A DNA stretch of 63,210 nt, counting the filler, from Chiloscyllium plagiosum (lineage: Eukaryota), in the NCBI RefSeq assembly GCF_004010195.1. It is 5 parts of one record of this genome, joined end to end, with 100 filler letters (N's around TTAATTAATTAA, not from the genome) between each part and the next. Parts side by side here need not be neighbours in the genome. Positions count along the whole stretch, not along the records: positions 59,547 to 63,210 come from NC_057712.1; 4 more parts are not named here. One strand, given 5' to 3'. The position numbers and the translations under genes are program-made. How positions within the stretch are numbered: position 1 is the first letter of the stretch; each line of letters begins with the position of its first letter. The notes below the pieces were generated by a model, which made no database searches, was not told where the DNA came from, and saw only the letters and a list, made by a program, of their open reading frames with translations. This document shows positions 60,872-63,210 of this stretch, in pieces.

Positions 60872-62575
60872 AATCATAGAGTCATAGAGATGTACAACAT
60901 GGACCCTTCGGTCCAACCTGTCCATGCCGACCAGATATCCCAACCCAATCTAGTCCCACCTGCCAGCACTCGGCCCATATCCCTCCAAACCCGTCCTATT
61001 CATATACCCATCCAAATGCCTCTTAAATGTTGCAATTGTACCACCCTCCACCACATTCTCTGGCAGCTCATTCCGTACACGTACCACCCTCTGCGTGAAA
61101 AAGTTGTCCCTTAGGTCTCTTTTATATCTTTCCCCTCTCACCCTAAAACTATGCCCTCTAGTTCTGGACTCCCCGACCCCAGGGAAAAGACTTGGTCTAT
61201 TTATCCTATCCATGCCCCTCTCATAATTTTGTAAACCTCTATAAGGTCACCCCTCAGCCTCCAAAGCTCAATACTCTGACCAATAAAGGAAAGCATACCA
61301 AACGCCTTCTTCACAATCCGATCTACCTGCGACTCCACTTTCAAGGAAATATGAATCTGCACTCCAAGGTCTCGTTGTTCAGCAACACTCCAGAGGACCT
61401 TACCATTAAGTGTATAAGTTCTGCCCTGACTTGACTTTCCAAAATGCAGCACCTCACATTTATTAAAATTAAACTCCATCTGCCACTTCTCAGCCCAATG
61501 GCCCATTAAGAGAAAGAAGTGGACCCAGCACTGTTCCTTGTGGCACACCACTGGTCACAGGCCTCCAGTCTGAAAAACAACCCTCCACCCCCTGTCTCCT
61601 ATCATCAAGCCATCTCTGCATCCAAATGGCTAGTTCTCCCTGTATTCCATGTGATCTAACCTTGTTAACCAGTCTACCCATGTGGAATCTTGTCAAATGC
61701 CTTACTGAAGTCCAAAGAGATCAAATCCACTACTCTGCCTTCATCAATCCTCTTCATTATTTCTTCAATCAAGCTAGTGAGATACAATTTCTTCTGCACA
61801 AAACCATGTTAACTATCCCTAATCTGTCCTTGCCTTTCCAAACACATTAAATCATGTCCCTCAAAATTCCCTCCAACAACTTGCCCACCACTGATGTCAG
61901 GCTCACCAGTCTATAGTTCCCTGGCTTTTCCTTACCATCTTTCTTAAATAGTGGCACCATATAAGCCAACCTCCAGTCTCCTGGAACCTCACCTGTGACT
62001 ATCAATGATACAAATATCTCAGCAAGAGGTCCAGCAACCACTTCCCTAGCTTCCCACAGAGTTCTGGGGCACACCCGATCAAATCCTGGGGATTTGTCCA
62101 TCTTTATATGTTTCAGGCTATCCAACACCTCCTCGTTTGTAACATGGATACTTTTTTAGATGTTGCTATTTATTTCCCTAAGTCCTCTAACTTCCATTTC
62201 CTTCTCCACAGTAAACTCTGATGCAAAATACTTGTTTAGTATCTCTCCCATCACCTACAGTTGCATACAAAGGCTGCCTTGCTGATCTTTCAGGGGCCCT
62301 ATTTTCTCCCTTGTTACCCTTTTGTATTAAATTTATTTGTAGAATCCTGTTGGATTTTCCTTAACCCTATTTGCCAAAGCTTTTGCCCTCCTGATTTCCC
62401 TCTTAGTTATACTTGTACTGTCCTTACACTCTTCTAAGGATTCACTTAATCCCATACTGTCTATACCTGACATTTGCTTCCTTCTTTTCTCGACCAGAGC
62501 CTCTATTTCTCCAGTCATCCAGCATTCCCGACACCTACCAGCCTTGCCCTTCACCCTAACAGGAACATACGGTCT
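60872..62575 (-). mobile_element. CR1 ORF2 and 3' end with internal deletions
   Basis: KPGNYRLVSLTSVVGKLLE, GVPQG; ATAGAGTC tail. Confidence 0.93.
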
Positions 62576-62639
62576 CTGGATTCCCATCATCTCTAAATAA
62601 CAGTAATCCCAGATACAAACAGTGAAAATAGGCAAGGCC

Positions 62640-63210
62640 TGAAACAAGAGTAGACTTGCCAATTTTAAGGGCATTTAAATGGTCATTGAATAGGCATATG
62701 GGTGAGAATGGAATAGTGTAGGTGAGATGGGCTTCAGATTGGTTTCGCAGGTCGGCGCAACATTGAGGGCCGAAGGGCCTGTACTGCACTGTAATAGAAC
62801 ATAGAACATAGAACATAGAACAATACAGCACAGAACAGACCCTTCGGCCCACGATGTTGTGCCGAACATTTGTCCTAGCTTAAGCACCCATCCATGTACC
62901 TATCCAATTGCCGCTTTAAAGGTCACCAAAGATCTGACTCTACCACTCCCACAGGCAGCGCATTCCATGCCCCCACCACTCTCCGGGTAAAGAACCCACC
63001 CCTGACATCTCCCCTATACCTTCCACCCTTCACCGTAAATTTATGTCCCCTTGTAACACTCGGTTGTGCCCGGGGAAAAAGTTTCTGACTGTCTACTCTA
63101 CCTATTCCTCTGATCATCTTATAAACCTCTATCAAGTCACCCCTCATCCTTCGCCGTTCCAACGAGAAAAGGCCGAGAACTCTCAACCTAGCCTCGTACG
63201 ACTTCCTCTC
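62640..63210. mobile_element. Two CR1 3' ends tail-to-tail (plus 62640-62795; minus 62796-63210)
   Basis: (ATAGAAC)n tail at the junction. ORF 62923-63186 [13 protein letters not shown]. Confidence 0.88.

Overview
Repeat-rich, gene-poor vertebrate DNA, almost certainly from a shark (HE1-type SINEs, CR1 LINEs with esterase ORF1, Rex1/Babar, Penelope and Harbinger relics). It consists of five segments joined by artificial 100-bp N44-TTAATTAATTAA-N44 spacers. I found no host protein-coding gene. Main observation: most DNA between the transposons translates, by hand and through many stops and frameshifts, into collinear hepadnavirus motifs (core, terminal protein, RT with overlapping S envelope frame, RNase H). 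These recur head-to-tail as about 9 partial genome units across four of the five segments, which suggests an ancient, decayed tandem array of endogenous hepatitis-B-like virus genomes later riddled with younger TEs. Reference motifs (HBV, DHBV) are recalled from memory, no search was run, and boundaries are approximate. Also present: a ~7.2 kb 27-bp minisatellite, a GGGTTAG-containing minisatellite inside a Harbinger Myb-gene intron, a pogo/Tigger MITE inside a near full-length CR1, solo LTRs and several minimal hammerhead ribozymes in Penelope termini.
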